A DNA stretch of 63,574 nucleotides, filler included, from Sphacelaria rigidula (lineage: Eukaryota): assembly GCA_964200075.2 (NCBI GenBank). It is 6 parts of 6 records of this genome, joined end to end, with 100 filler letters (N's around TTAATTAATTAA, not from the genome) between each part and the next. Parts side by side here need not be neighbours in the genome. Positions count along the whole stretch, not along the records: positions 10,614 to 21,126 come from CAXNAA020006359.1; positions 21,227 to 31,739 come from CAXNAA020006360.1; 4 more parts are not named here. One strand, written 5' to 3'. The position numbers and the translations under genes were made by a program. Within the stretch, counting starts at the first letter, position 1. Each line of letters begins with the position of its first letter. Under the pieces are notes generated by a model, which was given only the letters and a program-made list of their open reading frames with translations, was not told where the DNA came from and searched no databases. Below, in pieces: positions 12,172 through 25,400 of this stretch.

Positions 12172-12422
12172 TGTAGCCAAATGATATCAAGCCGTAAGAT
12201 TTCGGTATAATCGCATGCGTGATTGGAGCAGTGGCAAGGGACAGGGGATCCTGGATTGATGGCCTTTGCTGTGTGGCCCCTTGCTGTCTGGCTTGTTGTC
12301 TATTGAGAACCACTCCGTGATCATAACAAGCTAGAATGAAGGACTTGTCGAGCACGAGGCCAGTGATACTGGGGGAGTCCCTGGCTGGAAGTCCTCTTGT
12401 CTAGATCGTCACAGAGGCTACA
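12172..12422 (+). repeat. 3' LTR (251 bp) of the Gypsy element
   Basis: TGTAGCC...GGCTACA 7-bp terminal inverted repeat. Preceded by CGCTTTGAGGGTGC, matching CGCTTTGGGGGTGC before the 3' LTR at 47151. Confidence 0.75.
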
Positions 12423-14519
12423 ATGCCATGCGTTCACCATCACCAGCTAAAGCTTCGTAGCATTGCCGTGTGGACATATACTGGTAGCCAGTATATCGGT
12501 TTATTATACCTGTATAGCAGAAGCTGTTGAAAAATTCTGTTTTTTCCCAACTGATAAGAATTGGGGGCAAGACGGGGTATTTTGGGTGATCTCTGTCGTT
12601 CGAACCTCACAGTCTGACAAGAGTACAGGACACTTTCTACGATAGCCCCCCTCCCAAAAATGCATGGTTTTGGGAGGCAAAATCTTCACGTAAGTCGAAA
12701 TGGAAAAAGCTGAGCACAACGAGCAGCTGGGAATTCACACGTTTGGGTTCGTTCTAGCCAATGTCGCCAATATGAGGCTCTTCATGCAGCCTGAACCCGA
12801 ACATTAGGCGCTGTATGGCCATTTTTTTCGTGACACTTTTGGGCTGGTTTTGGGGGGGCTAACGTAGGAAGTGTCACAGTATGTCGAATTTGAACAGCAG
12901 ACGCTGCTCGCAAGTCCTCCTTTTGCCCATTTCCAAGATACATGAGTGGGCAAACCGAGGACTTTCGAGCAGCCTCTGGTATTCAAGACCCATACGCCAG
13001 TGCATAAGATTTGAACACCAGAGCGTGTTCCAAATAAATCCTCACTTTGCTCAATTTGGAAATCGGGGGCAAAGAGGATTTATTACGAACAGCCTTTGTT
13101 GTACAACTTTCGAATATGCTGAATCAAGCACAGGATTTCCACAGCACGAGTGTCTTCAGAAACAATTCGAAGGATTTCGATATTGACACGAACGCTCGAA
13201 GGGGGCCCTAATTTTAAATGCTCTTCAGAGGAGTGCGAATGCCTGAGATCCTCGAATAGGGACCTTCAAAACAGACGGCGTGTTGGAACACGTTTGGAAA
13301 TTCCACGAGAGGACTTTAGAGGCTAGCCGGACGACCGCGTGTGTGCAAATAGTGTTGTATGATGTCAGCTGGGATATATGGCCCGCCACTAGAGGGTACT
13401 CCATCCTCCAGAGAGCCATTTTACCGTCTGAAGGAAAAAAAACGCGATAGTGGGATTTCAAGGAGGAGCCAATTGGCCACGTGCGTATATCAGCCCCTCT
13501 ATTGGTATTCACCCCCACAAGGTGCTGTGTCAAGCAACTCTCTCTACAACCGCGCACGATTAGCCGCGTGTCATAATGATGGGGTATAGCTAGTGCATTA
13601 GCTGGGGTCTCTCAGTACGAGTACCAGGGGATACCATGATTCCAGCTCACCGAGCTCCCAACGTGGGCACAATCATACAGACCTTAGCTATCCATCATTG
13701 CACACAATACAGTAGATTCTTCCATGTATACTGCTGGTCGGAGACTCACATGTTAATAGCATCATAATATACCTACAAGCAGCTCTCTTCTAAACTCAGT
13801 ACAGCCGCAGCGCAGTCATAGGAGCAGAGCGTAGCGATGGTACAAGGGTAGCAGGAGTAACTAGGCCAGTGACCAAGGCAAAGCCAGCAAGTGCCAATGG
13901 TGGGGCCAACGGCTTTTAGGCCAGCGGCTTCTAGCCGCGCTTGATCTACAATAATGACAATAATAAACGCAGTAACAACGCATCACGGAACCCAGGGTCT
14001 ACCACGAGCAGACCCGCACATCGTAGTATCTTGCAACGCCACTGAGCTTCATCACATTAGCCCACCCTAGACGAGGTTTATGCAGTTGAATCAACATCAC
14101 CTCGACACAATGCCATTGCGCTAAGAAACTTCCAAATTCAACCAGAAAGGAATCTTCTACACTCGGACAAACACATGAAACGAAGAAAACAAAATCTCTC
14201 CCACACCTCTATGGGCAAGCATCGCTGCCACCCGTCACATCAAACCTTTAATCGACAAGAAGAACAACGTTGTATCTATGTGACACTCACTACCAATGTT
14301 GAACAAGAAAACACAACGCAAGTCTATCTACAAAGTAAAACACTAAATGGTACGCACGCGTAGACTCTATATACCAAACGAACAAGGAGGGAATACTAAA
14401 CAATCCGGGAAAAAGGAAGGGAAAATGCAGTTGCGGGGCAGCATCGCGGCAACTGCTCTGGTCTGACGCCAATACAAATGAGCTCCACGTCTTTGTCCGG
14501 CTTCGTCCTGACACATCAG

Positions 14520-16366
14520 TCGCGTATAGTGAGAGTGGCACACCGCTCATTTCCGTGGCAGCTCGTTTGAAGTATCAAACCTGCCTTGAAAAAGGCGTAC
14601 GACGTGAAGTACGGTGAGATGGGGGGTAAACTACGCAGCAACAGAGAGATAAAAGCAGAGGTGCAGTTCAAGTTCAGGTTTGGTGTGCCCGAAGTGGGAA
14701 ATTCAAAACCTCTGCGGGAGTGGACACTAGCCCCCTCAAGACGACACTCAGGGCAAGAAACCAAGGGTCGTTCGTGAGAACGTTTCGTGCAGCGCGGCGG
14801 ATTATCTATCGCTTATTATGAGCTAACGTTAGTGTAAATTGAAAAGAGCCTTCGTCAGAACGCAATACCCCAACTCAAAGCAATCGTCCGGCGGAAATAC
14901 GGCCTACAATAAGGGCGGTATATTGGTATTGCCCGTGGTAACTCTGAGCCACGAGCAACGGGACGACACAAGAGAGAACACCCGGCTCAAGCAAGTTTGC
15001 CAGGCTGCGCCACGGGATAGGGACAGAAAAAACGAACGAACACATCCGGATGAATCGTCGGAACGCCGTAGCTCGACTGGATCTAAAACAGTCGTGGGGC
15101 AGAAATACGGCCTACATCAAGGGCGGTATAATTAGCAATACACGATGTAACGAAGGACCCGTGCAACAAGACGATATTAAGGAGTACTCCCATGCGGCGA
15201 GCTCTCTTTGCTGATGGCAGGGGTAGACGAGCAGTGACAACAACGGATACATCCGGAGGATGCGTAATTGAAATTCCAGACATGATGTGAGAGACGGAGC
15301 TAAATCTGCAATCCTCTCATCAGGCAAAAACGTCGAAGGCGAGAAAATAAAAACTAAATGCTCGGGGATTACGGACAGAAATGCGACAACGACAAGCAAT
15401 GTGACTACGGGCACTAAAAACGCAGTCACCAAGAAGGCGAACCTAACACAAGAGGACACAGTACCAAACCCGGTGAGGGGCTACAACGCAGCAAAGGGAA
15501 ATCCACTCGCATACAGTTGTTACGCTATTGTGTACACAAAAAGTACTGGACGGAAACAAGACTCCACAACAACGTACGACAATATTAGTGTACCAGAGTG
15601 CCAGCGGCAACCAACGAGGAGCACACCGATGAACACGTGTAGGACACCGAAAAATGAGACAACAGCCGTAGGGGGGGAGAATTTGGGGGATTCCGAATTC
15701 GCCAAGGTGAGCTCATCGCTCGCCACATCACCGAGGGATGCGGGCGGTATGTTGTAGCGACTGATGTTTAGGGCTACGATACAACTGGCGTTGGGGGGCG
15801 CTGCTGTCGAGATAGCCCCCCCCCCGAACCGGCCAAAAACGTGCACGGGGGCGATGATCACAAATGCCGTTAGAGCTGGTTTTGTGCTGCACGACGCGAC
15901 TCATTTGGGCGTTATAGCTGATCTTGGACTACTACACGCCTCTCATGAGGGCTAAATTGCTGCAAACAAGCCCAAAAGTGGGATCCCCGCCGCTTTGTCA
16001 GACGAACCCTGCTTCTTTTTTTTGGGGGGGGGGGCTATCTCGGCATTAGTCGGGTCTACGATCTGATATCTGATCAGATCGGCGAATGGGGTGCTGGTGA
16101 GCAGCAAGGGCAGCGGCATATGAAAGGGGGGCGTGGATTGTGTCCGAAAGCGTCTCTTCTACAAGGGACTATGTTCGAGCTCGAGTATCATTCCTTAGTA
16201 CTGCAAAAAATCATACTTTGCACTGATGAGGGGGGACATGGTGCGCTTGGAGTACCTGCGTGGTTACGGGGCCACTCCTCTCTCCATGACAAGGGGCGGG
16301 AACCATCTGATACTGCAGGGGGAAGCTCAATCGGGCCAGACTGAAGTGATGTGCACATGCAGATAG
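14520..16366 (+). pseudogene. Possible decayed ankyrin-repeat gene relic
   Basis: Splice-bounded segment 14520-14613 reads AYSESGTPLISVAARLKYQTCLEK. 16211-16366 reads SYFALMRGDMVRLEYLRGYGATPLSMTRGGNHLILQGEAQSGQTEVM, with loose ankyrin spacing. Intervening frames are broken. Confidence 0.3.
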
Positions 16367-16398
16367 ATGGCACCCTGTGGGGCACGTCTACAATGTTC

Positions 16399-16560
16399 AG
16401 GGAAAATGTGCAATGTTTCTCGCGGGGGGTTGGCTGTGTGATATTGTTTTGTGCCACACAGAACGCGTCACAGGGTTTCAGGGACACTGTGCAGTATTAC
16501 TCGCGGGGGGTTGGCTGCAGGGTATTTTTTCGTGCCACACAGGACGCTTCACAGGGTTTC
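16399..16560. repeat. Diverged tandem duplication of about 81 bp
   Basis: Two units of CAGGGA..TGTGCA...CTCGCGGGGGGTTGGCTG...GTGCCACACAG.ACGC.TCACAGGGTTTC. Confidence 0.8.
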
Positions 16561-17828
16561 GTCACCCCGCGTAGTTTTGATACGTTGTACAGAATTTGAC
16601 CTACAAATAATATGCTCCACCTTACAGCGCGGGCACGGAACTGGTGGGAAAAAACGTTCAAGATATGCCAGAGGTGGGTGTCGAACTCGCAGTTAGATCG
16701 TGAAAAAATCTGCAATATCTGGGCGAACTGCAGGAGGTGAGGCAATCAACACGAGATTTTACAAATCGTTGATAGCACCGCGACTAGTTTAGGTGCCGTG
16801 ATCATTCTTTGAGGATTCTTTTTTTCAACGGAAAGTCGAGAAAGGCACAGCACGGGTGTAATTCGTGCGCAAAAGACATGGCACGAGCACATTGCATCTC
16901 AACTCCCACCAGCGGGGTACTGCCATCTTCTATTTTTGGAGCTTACGTCACATCAGCTCAAATCCTTGAACATATTAGTTCTTTCTCTTCGACCCGTGGT
17001 CACGGGGTGCAAGGAGCTTACCACCCATGACCATAAAACCAAGAGTTTACGGAGGATGCCTTTACACAAAAACGGTACACGAAAAAACGAGCCCGCAACA
17101 TACGGTCGAACCTCAAGGAACACACTGCAAGCTGACAAATTACCGGCGTGCGATCTAGACGACCAAATTATCACCTACTGCTGCACATACGTGTAGAAAC
17201 AGCAAACGCGGGAATCGACATGTGGCAGGGAGCGAGTACCACCCCGTAATAGACCTAGTGATATTGGAAAAGATCCCAGGCTCAAGGAAATGAGGAAATG
17301 GCTTCATCACCGAAGCATCAACTGACTTGGCTCAACATCAATATCAAATGAGTTGGTCACCCTATTATTAGTTCGGTGTAACTACCCAGAGCTAATCCAA
17401 GCTCGAGAAACTCAAATATTTCTGCCCTAAAAGCAGAAAATTCGTTATATATAGGAAATAGCTTCAAACCAAGGCCATGTAGAACTTAGGATACTCCTAA
17501 TCCCCCCCACCTTGTCCCCCAAAAAGCACCGGTAAGAAGTTGAGTTGACCACGTTTCTGTACAGAAGACGACACAACGCCCAAAGAACCGGAGCCCAAAA
17601 TGAGAAGAGACGAAGCCGCTAAAAAGTCACAGACGCTGCCGGAAGCTGACATGGATGACGTCGGATGTGACGAATTCCGTCACCTTCCGAGCGTAGACAT
17701 CTGGTTTTGGAACGCATCGCGGTAGAAAGAAGGCAGGCAAGGGGCAGAGTAAAGGAACGAAGGGACGTGAACAAGCGTACAGGCTGGAGATTGCACTGAG
17801 GCATGTTGAAAGCAATGAAAAAGGCTGC

Positions 17829-18365
17829 CACCGATAAAAGCAAGCATTGAAAGTGGGAGAGGGAAGGATGAAAATGGGATTATACATGGTGAAGAGAGGG
17901 CTGAACGGGGAAAAGGAATGTGTAGTTGTGGTACTTACCGTAAACGATTATTCAGTTTCTGGCTCCGCTCCTGGTGGCTGTAGGTCGGGTACCCTGTCGG
18001 GTAGGATCACCGATAAAAGCAAGCATTGACGGTGGGAGAGGGAAGGATGAAAATGGGACTATACATGGTGAAGAGGAGCCTGAACGGGGAAAAGGAATGT
18101 GTAGTTGTGGTACTTACCGTAAACGATGATTCAGTTTCCGGCTCCGCTTCTGGTGGCTGTAGGTCGGGTACCCTGTCGGGTAGGATCACCGATAAAAGCA
18201 AGCATTGACGGTGGGAGAGGGAAGGATGAAAATGGGACTATACATGGTGAAGAGGGGCCTGAACGGGGAAAAGGAATGTGTAGTTGTGGTACTTACCGTA
18301 AACGATGATTCAGTTTCCGGCTCCGCTCCTTGTGGCCGTGGGTCGGGTACCCTGCCGGGTAGGAT
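17829..18365. repeat. Tandem repeat, 3 x 179 bp, high identity
   Basis: CACCGATAAAAGCAAGCATTGA starts at 17829, 18008 and 18187; few substitutions between units. Confidence 0.95.
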
Positions 18366-18895
18366 TAGGTTTCTTCTTTTCGGGTGGAGGATCGGTTTTT
18401 CCTTGGTGGCATCACGGGGTCGCCTCCGAGAGGGGAGGGGGGGAATAAGTACTGATCCGCGGTACTTTTCGAGGTGTGAAGTTGTCGTTTCTCGAGGCAA
18501 ACGCCTCTTTCTCCTGCAACAAGTGCCGTTGGAAATCCGACAGGAGCTCGGCACGGGTGTCGTAGAAGCAGTCATGACACCTCATAAATTCTGGTTCATT
18601 ATCCCTCGCCGACAGGTCGAACAGGTGTCATTTCGCACGGGTGGCTGTGCACCCGTAAAATGCATACGTATTGTTCTCGTCCGCTTTGACGAGGGTCTTT
18701 ACGCAGGTGCGGCCGACGGCGTGGGCGTATGCACTGTCTTTACCGCCGTTGGGGTCGGCCATGCGGTCGTATGGAGTGCTGACCCTGATGTCCACGCCAC
18801 ACGCAAGGCAGAGGAAGTGGACCTGTTTCCTGGCGCCCTTCGGGACTGGCGTCGTCCCCTGGGATACAGGCACATAGGTGGTGCAGACGAAGCAC
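18297..18895 (-). pseudogene. Decayed exon encoding a Cys-rich zinc-finger-like region (piggyBac-CRD-like spacing)
   Basis: Polypyrimidine/ATAG acceptor before 18895 and G|GTAAGT donor after 18297. Reads CFVC-x18-HFLCLACG...AHAVGRTC...RCHDCFY. Internal TGA at 18628 and a frameshift near 18440. Confidence 0.45.
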
Positions 18896-21126
18896 CTATC
18901 GATGTAGAACGAATCAGGAAAAGGACGAAGGGACGGTTGCGGAAAGTGTAGCGAGGAAAGTACGGAAGGAAGCATATAGTTGTACTGTGAGCGAATGCGT
19001 GACGAGCGGGTGTTGAAAGCAACGATGTCAAGAAGGTGGATGGAAAAAAACGGAAGTTGGATAATAGGTTGCTTTCGGTAATCAGGTCACAAGCTGAGCC
19101 AGTCTGACGCATTTTTGGGCGATTGACCACTTTTGCACGTTCCGTTTAAGAGTCGAAAGCTGAAATTCGAGGGGTACTCCTTGATGAACTTACAGTGGAA
19201 AACCACCGGCCTGTTAGTAACTGTGGCATTCTATACAAGCAAGTACAGCATGTAGGAGTGTGTCGTATTGCGTTAACACAAAGAGGGTGGGAGGTTCCCT
19301 TCTGGCGATTCGTTCCCGATGTGTGTTGAATCGTGGGTTTCAAATGGGTGGTGTCAACTTCTATGGAAAAGTGCACAAAACACATGCATTTATTGGGATG
19401 GGAACTGAACCAGGTAATGCTGTATATCTTCATTGTTACGAGAGTTAAACTGGAAATGGCTACGACAGCGCCCGTTATCTAGTTCATTTGGAGGTGTTGG
19501 GCCAGTTGTCGTTGCTGAGTACTTTTATATTAGCTTTATTATGGGGAGTTTATAACAAAGGAACACCATATATAATTAGACTAGACGATTAAAGTCTACA
19601 GCAGTACAGGTATCACAAACTTCGTTGGTACCTAGCTGTTCTGCAGTTTTTATTTATCGACGACAGCAGGTCGGTCGACGGTTGGTCAGTCGAACGAGGA
19701 TTGAAAAAATAAAGAAGAGTGACTAATTTACGGTGGGATGCTTGATGCGGAAGTGCCGAACGCCAAACCCGAATCGCTGAATGCATGAGAGCGTTCTGAA
19801 CATGATGTAGTACATACCCACTACACCTCGTGATGCGGAAAATATGTACCTAATCCGCAAAACAAATAACGGTGAGCGGCGATAAAAAAATACACAAGCA
19901 TTTGTTCTAACGAGCCGCGGTCAGAATCGGCGCTCTTTGTCCCAAGGTACTGCCAGCCTTAGCATACTTGTTCCTATCTTCAGGTCCTCATGGAGAGTCT
20001 CTGCTGCTGCATACTACAGGTTGATGCTTTTCAAATCGCTTACCACGTTCGAAGGCATTCCCGAGCAGTACAAGCCTCTTAGCATCTCAATGTGAAGGAT
20101 TGCATTTTCACAACAATGCACAACTTTCGCATGAAAAATAGGTCAAACACCGTAATTACTTCTGCCTCGGGCGGCGCTCCTGCGCGGCACCCCCCACCAG
20201 CCGGGAGGGGCGATAACCTGGGGAAAAATCGATGTACTGGCAATTGGCGCGGCCAGTTTCAACCGAACTAAACTGAGCTGGTTACTCACAGCAAATCCCA
20301 CACGCCTCGCCTTGGGCTGCCGACGTCAAATATGCACCAGAGGGAAGCCACCCTCAGAACACATTGCAAGAACTCTTGGCTGTAGACTGAGAAGAGGTGA
20401 GACAAGCAAAACAGGAGAGAGAGACCGACACAGACAGCGATGACAACAATAGATGCGAACTCCTTGCGAATTTGACTACAGCCAGGCTCACCTTCTTGTC
20501 GCTCCTCCTTAAGCCGATTTCCTGGTCGGTCCATCCTTGTTATCTGAACTATCCGCTCTCCGGGCAAAACTTCACGACGTGACAACCCGGTTCGACTTTG
20601 CTTGTACTAGGGTTGGTAGCGAAACGTGAACGCCTCTACCGCTCTCGTACTCTTCGATGAGGGGAACCCGTGCGCTCGCCGTTTGTCGTCATGGTAATCG
20701 AGATAAGTCCAGATCAATCGCGTGCCCGATGGCCGATAGCTTGTTGTTGAGATGCCCCGAGAATGATCGGATCGGTGTGAAACGGTGGACGTCGATCACG
20801 CACTTTCACATTCCCTTCACCTCAGCCACGGACGGCATAGACACGCACAAGCGAGGACAACGAAGAAAGCAGCAATGAAGCTGGACCTTCTCGAGGGCAT
20901 CTTGATTGATGTTAGAAGAGCGATTGGATGGTTTCTTCGCGCAGCGCGGCTTCGAATCAAGTCGGGAAAAAAAGTGTGGTTCGGAGCTTCGTAATAATGT
21001 ATGGACGGATAGGACGGACACATATGGCAGCGCAGCGCAGTATAATATATTACTCTCGCCGTAGGGTATGGCGTCAGCACTCATTATCCGCTTGTCAAAC
21101 CCCTTGCGAAGTTGCTTCAGCAGCTG

Positions 21127-21226
21127 NNNNNNNNNNNNNNNNNNNNNNNNNNNNNNNNNNNNNNNNNNNNTTAATTAATTAANNNNNNNNNNNNNNNNNN
21201 NNNNNNNNNNNNNNNNNNNNNNNNNN
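21127..21226. other. Artificial scaffold linker
   Basis: N44-TTAATTAATTAA-N44. Confidence 0.97.
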
Positions 21227-22499
21227 CAAGGATATTTGTTGTTCCGTGGATATGCCTTTTCATTTCATGAATATGCACGATTTTCATCGGACACCTAGGA
21301 TATCGTATTCCAAGAGGGAATGAAAACAAACCGTCGGTCGTTACCCACCACTATCGATACAACGGACGCGTGTCTTTGGACGGGTTGGTGCACTGAAAGA
21401 CATGAATGGGGCTCCGGTGCCATGTGGCTTCAGCAAAAGTGGGCTGACGACTTTATGCTATCTTCTGTGTCGCCTTGACGCAGTATAGTTGACCATTGGG
21501 GAGGATAAGTTGATCCATCTTGATATTATTGCGGACACCGAAATCCGGATCTTTTCATGGGAGCTGTGCCTCTACCATTCTCTGTGGCTTTCTTCTCTCC
21601 GTCAGTTCAGAGTTTGTCCACCCTTGCCGCCAGGTGAGATGAGATACAAAGCTACGCTACCGACGGTGGCGTGGTGATGTCACCGGGTGCAGGAGGACGA
21701 GCGCTACTCTTGCCACTTTCACAAGCGATGCACAGATGTGGGGGTAAATATCCGCACATACGGAAGCCTCTAGGGGTTTGGTCAAAGGTTCAATTCTACA
21801 CTCACCTGCCGAACATTCCACACATGTTATATATCAACCATCTGCAGTATCAAGAGTCATCCATGAGTGTTATCTATTCTGAGGCCGTCGGACAGGGGTG
21901 ACGTGTTCGCATGTCGTGAAAACCGGCGAGGGTTGGAGGTGCTGGTTTGCGCCCGTAGCCCAAACGGTTGCCCCAATTACTCGTCGTCAAGGCCATCGAT
22001 TAGGATGCGATTTTTTTCATCATTTGCGCCAAGACGGCAGCTAAAAACTCGGTGAACATTTTTTTTTATCTCATCGGGATTCGAGTTTTATAACAAATTA
22101 AGTGAAAAAACATGGGTTTTTTGCGATTTTCTCGATCACCACGACTTCTTTGGTCCCACAATCTTTCCAGATTGTAGCTTGGACAAATACACGCCGGTGA
22201 GTAGCCCAGGTACGCCGTGGTTCGTAGCCCGGGACAACGAAAATGGGCAATCGTCGAGTGGAAACCCCACTCGAATCACAAGTACTTGGGGGGATTTTAC
22301 GGCGTACATAATCAGGGGATGAACGAGATCTCCGGTCTGTTCGTGCTTTTGGTCGGTGACACTTTTTGGGCTCATTTTGGGGGGTCAGGCGCGCCCATAA
22401 CTGTCAAAGTGACCCGCACGCGCAAGCTGTACGGTGTTCAGCACCCGTGATACAGTGAACTCTCCCCCGGTAGTAGACCCCAACCACCGAGACCACGTT

Positions 22500-25400
22500 T
22501 AGGTCAGCTAAGACAACGACCCCTGGAAGAGTACAGCACTCGGCTTGTGCGGAGAGTAACACCTACTACTGTGTATTGCTCCGCACCACAGTGGTGTGGG
22601 ATTGAAGGCCCATCGCGCTGGCATTGCTGACTGCACCATCCGGTGGTTTAACCCGTGCATTTGCTGCTTCATGGCGATGATAGTGGAACACGTCCTATCC
22701 CTGCCGGCGGGGGCCGCTAATCCAACTAATCATCACCACCGCCGAAAGCATTGCCGCCGTAGCTCTTAAAGCAGGCGGCGGCGTGCGTGTAAGCACAAAG
22801 GTCGACTTGGTGGAGGTCGACGTGCGCGGGGTCCGCTGTACCCCGCGCAGGAGCAAGGAGGCATGAACCAGAATAGGCGGAAGAGTGCGTGGAAAAAGGG
22901 AATAGCCCATAAATGCTGGGCCAAATACCAACAGAAAAGTCACATAGCAAAACAAAGCAAAAGGAAGAGGGAAATAATAGCCTGGCGAGCAGCCAAGGCT
23001 CAGGCTCGCGCCCGTCACACTACCGTAAGGGCGGACTCTCGATTCAAAGAGCCGGTGGTGGCCAGTTGGAATGTACGCACCATGGCCGAGAGAGGTTCTA
23101 ACGGCACATGCCACACCGAGGACCGGCTGCGTTTTGCATCCAAATACAATCGTGATTTTGTCGCCCTCCAAGAAACTCGGCGCGATGGACGAACAATCTT
23201 TCACGCACCGGCAGCAGGGTACATGGTTTACTGCAGTGGCCACTGCCATACAGACGAGGGGAAACCGGGAATGCTCGGAGTCGGCTTCCCCACTAAGGAG
23301 TCCATCACCAGCACGCTGGGCCCAGAAGCCATCGTCCCCGAACACGTGAGTGCCAGGATCCCCAAGGTAGGGGTTTCTTTCAGGCATAGAGTTGCAACAA
23401 CCTTCATCGTAGGGTATGCTCCTACTGAGACAGCACAAGGTTCTGAAAAAAACAAGTTCTGGAAAACCATCAGTAGTTCCATAGCTGAAGTGCCCAAGAA
23501 CGAGCACCTTGTTCTCATGATGGATGCTAATGCTCGTACCGGAAAGAGAGAAGGAGAGGGCATGGATGACGTTCGGGTATTGGGAGAATATGGCAGAGGC
23601 ACCAAGAATGATAACGGTAGACGCCTACTGAAACGCGCTGGGGCACACAAAATGGTCATCACCAACACAGTTTTTCGCACACCAATGCGCGGGGAAAGTT
23701 CGACCGCATACCCATATACGGGACCGAAGGTCGAACACCGCTGGCGCCTGGACTACATCCTAGTACGTCAGCAGGACCGCAGACTCGTCCAAAATGTCAT
23801 CGTCCACCCCGAGATGAAGTCGGACCATAATCTAGTCTCAGCCACCATCCATCTCCTCGGACGCAACGCTCGCAACCGCCAACCCAAACCGAGAGGCGGG
23901 GATAGGGGAGTGCGTTTCGACCGCAACGCCCTCGCATCCGACCCGGCGCTGGAGAGCGACTGTTTCATAGGCCATTGTCGCTAAGCTCGCGAATGTCACA
24001 AATTCCCCCGCAGTAATGGGCATCAACGATATGGCATATACCTNNNNNNNNNNCGGCCGCGGATACACTCCCTCGATGCCCCAAGAAAACCCTATCTGAA
24101 GGTTTCAGTAAGTCAACTCAAGCTCAGGATCGCCTCCAAAAGGCGTGGTATCTCAGGGAAAGTGTATGGAAGAATCTGCGAGCAAACCCGAAAGACGCTG
24201 TCCTGAAGGAGGCGCTGAAGGTAACGGACAAAGCATTCAAGGGGGTGAAGGAAGCTGAGCTGCAAAACTTCGTTCACGAGTTCACAGTCCGGACCGCTGA
24301 GTTTGTTCGCAAGAAGGATCAAGCAGGACTGTACCAGCATATCAAGTCCTTGGAATTGGAAAGAAACAGAGCGACTCAAATTACATCAGGAGCGCAACTG
24401 GCGAGCTGTTGCGGGACAAGGAAGCTATCCTTCAACGGTGGAAGGAACGGTTCGAAACGCTGCTGAAGGCAACCTTACCTACGATCGACCACTCAGCATC
24501 GATCTCATCGCACAGATGCCGGAGCACGCACCACTCACGGCGGAGCCCTCGCTGGGAGAAGTGGAGGAAGCGGTGGGCAAGCTAGCGAACGGCGAGGCCG
24601 TTGGGACGGACGACATCTGTGGCGAATTACTGAAGCTCGGCCGCACCGAAGACTCTGCCATCCTGAAATGCCTCCACAACATCGTGTTCGCCGTGTGGCG
24701 TCAGGAAGTAGTGCCGCAGGGGCTGAAAGACACCATCATCAACGTGCTTTTAAAGGAACAGGACCCGCGCGAATGCGGCAACTATCGTGGTATTTCTCTC
24801 GGATCTCACGCGGGTAAGATGGTACTCAAAGATAGTCGCGACTTGCCTCTGCGCTTAGTACGAGTGGAAAGGAATCCTCCCAGAAGCACAATGCGGTTTC
24901 CGACTTGGCTGGTCCACAGCCGACATAATGTTCGTTGTGCGCAGGCTCCAAGAACTGGCCAGCGAGAATAATCTTCCTCTGTACATGTGCTTCATCGACC
25001 TCCAAGAGACATACGACTCAGTGGACCGCTCTCTTCTCTGGGAAGTTCTAGCACGCTACGGTATCCCCGCCAAGGTAAACTCCATCATCTGCCAATTCCA
25101 CGACGGCATGCGGGCATGCGTACGCCTGGACAGTGGCGAGACATGTGAGAGGGTTAATGTTAACCAGGGCCTCCGCCAAGGGTGTGTGCTTTCCCCCAGT
25201 CTGTTCAACATTTTTTCGCGGCGGTGCTGACGGTAACGTTCGACCGCTTCTCGATCAATGAAGCGGTGGTGCAAGACTTCAACCACATCGCTAAAAGGGG
25301 CGGGAAGACCAGGGACGAACTCAGCAAAGTGCTCTGGGCTATACTATACGCCGACGAGGCTGGTATCGCTTCGTGGTCCCGGGTAAGCCTGGCAAAGATG

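Larger units (their letters stand above)
10614..12422 (+). mobile_element. 3' portion of a decayed chromodomain-bearing Ty3/Gypsy LTR retrotransposon (integrase core end, chromodomain, 3' LTR)
   Basis: HQFAVAYTPWSTGACERMVKE...AQWALNT...TPYCVMFGRAPR, FAVGDFVL...GPWRVV, and chromodomain VYWDGFGAEERTWE. Collinear with 46180-47076. Contains in-frame stops and two MITE insertions. Confidence 0.9.

Noticed and set aside
17829..18365. 179-bp unit as a centromeric, nucleosome-length satellite
   Set aside because: Only three copies, and they derive from the local exon/intron sequence.
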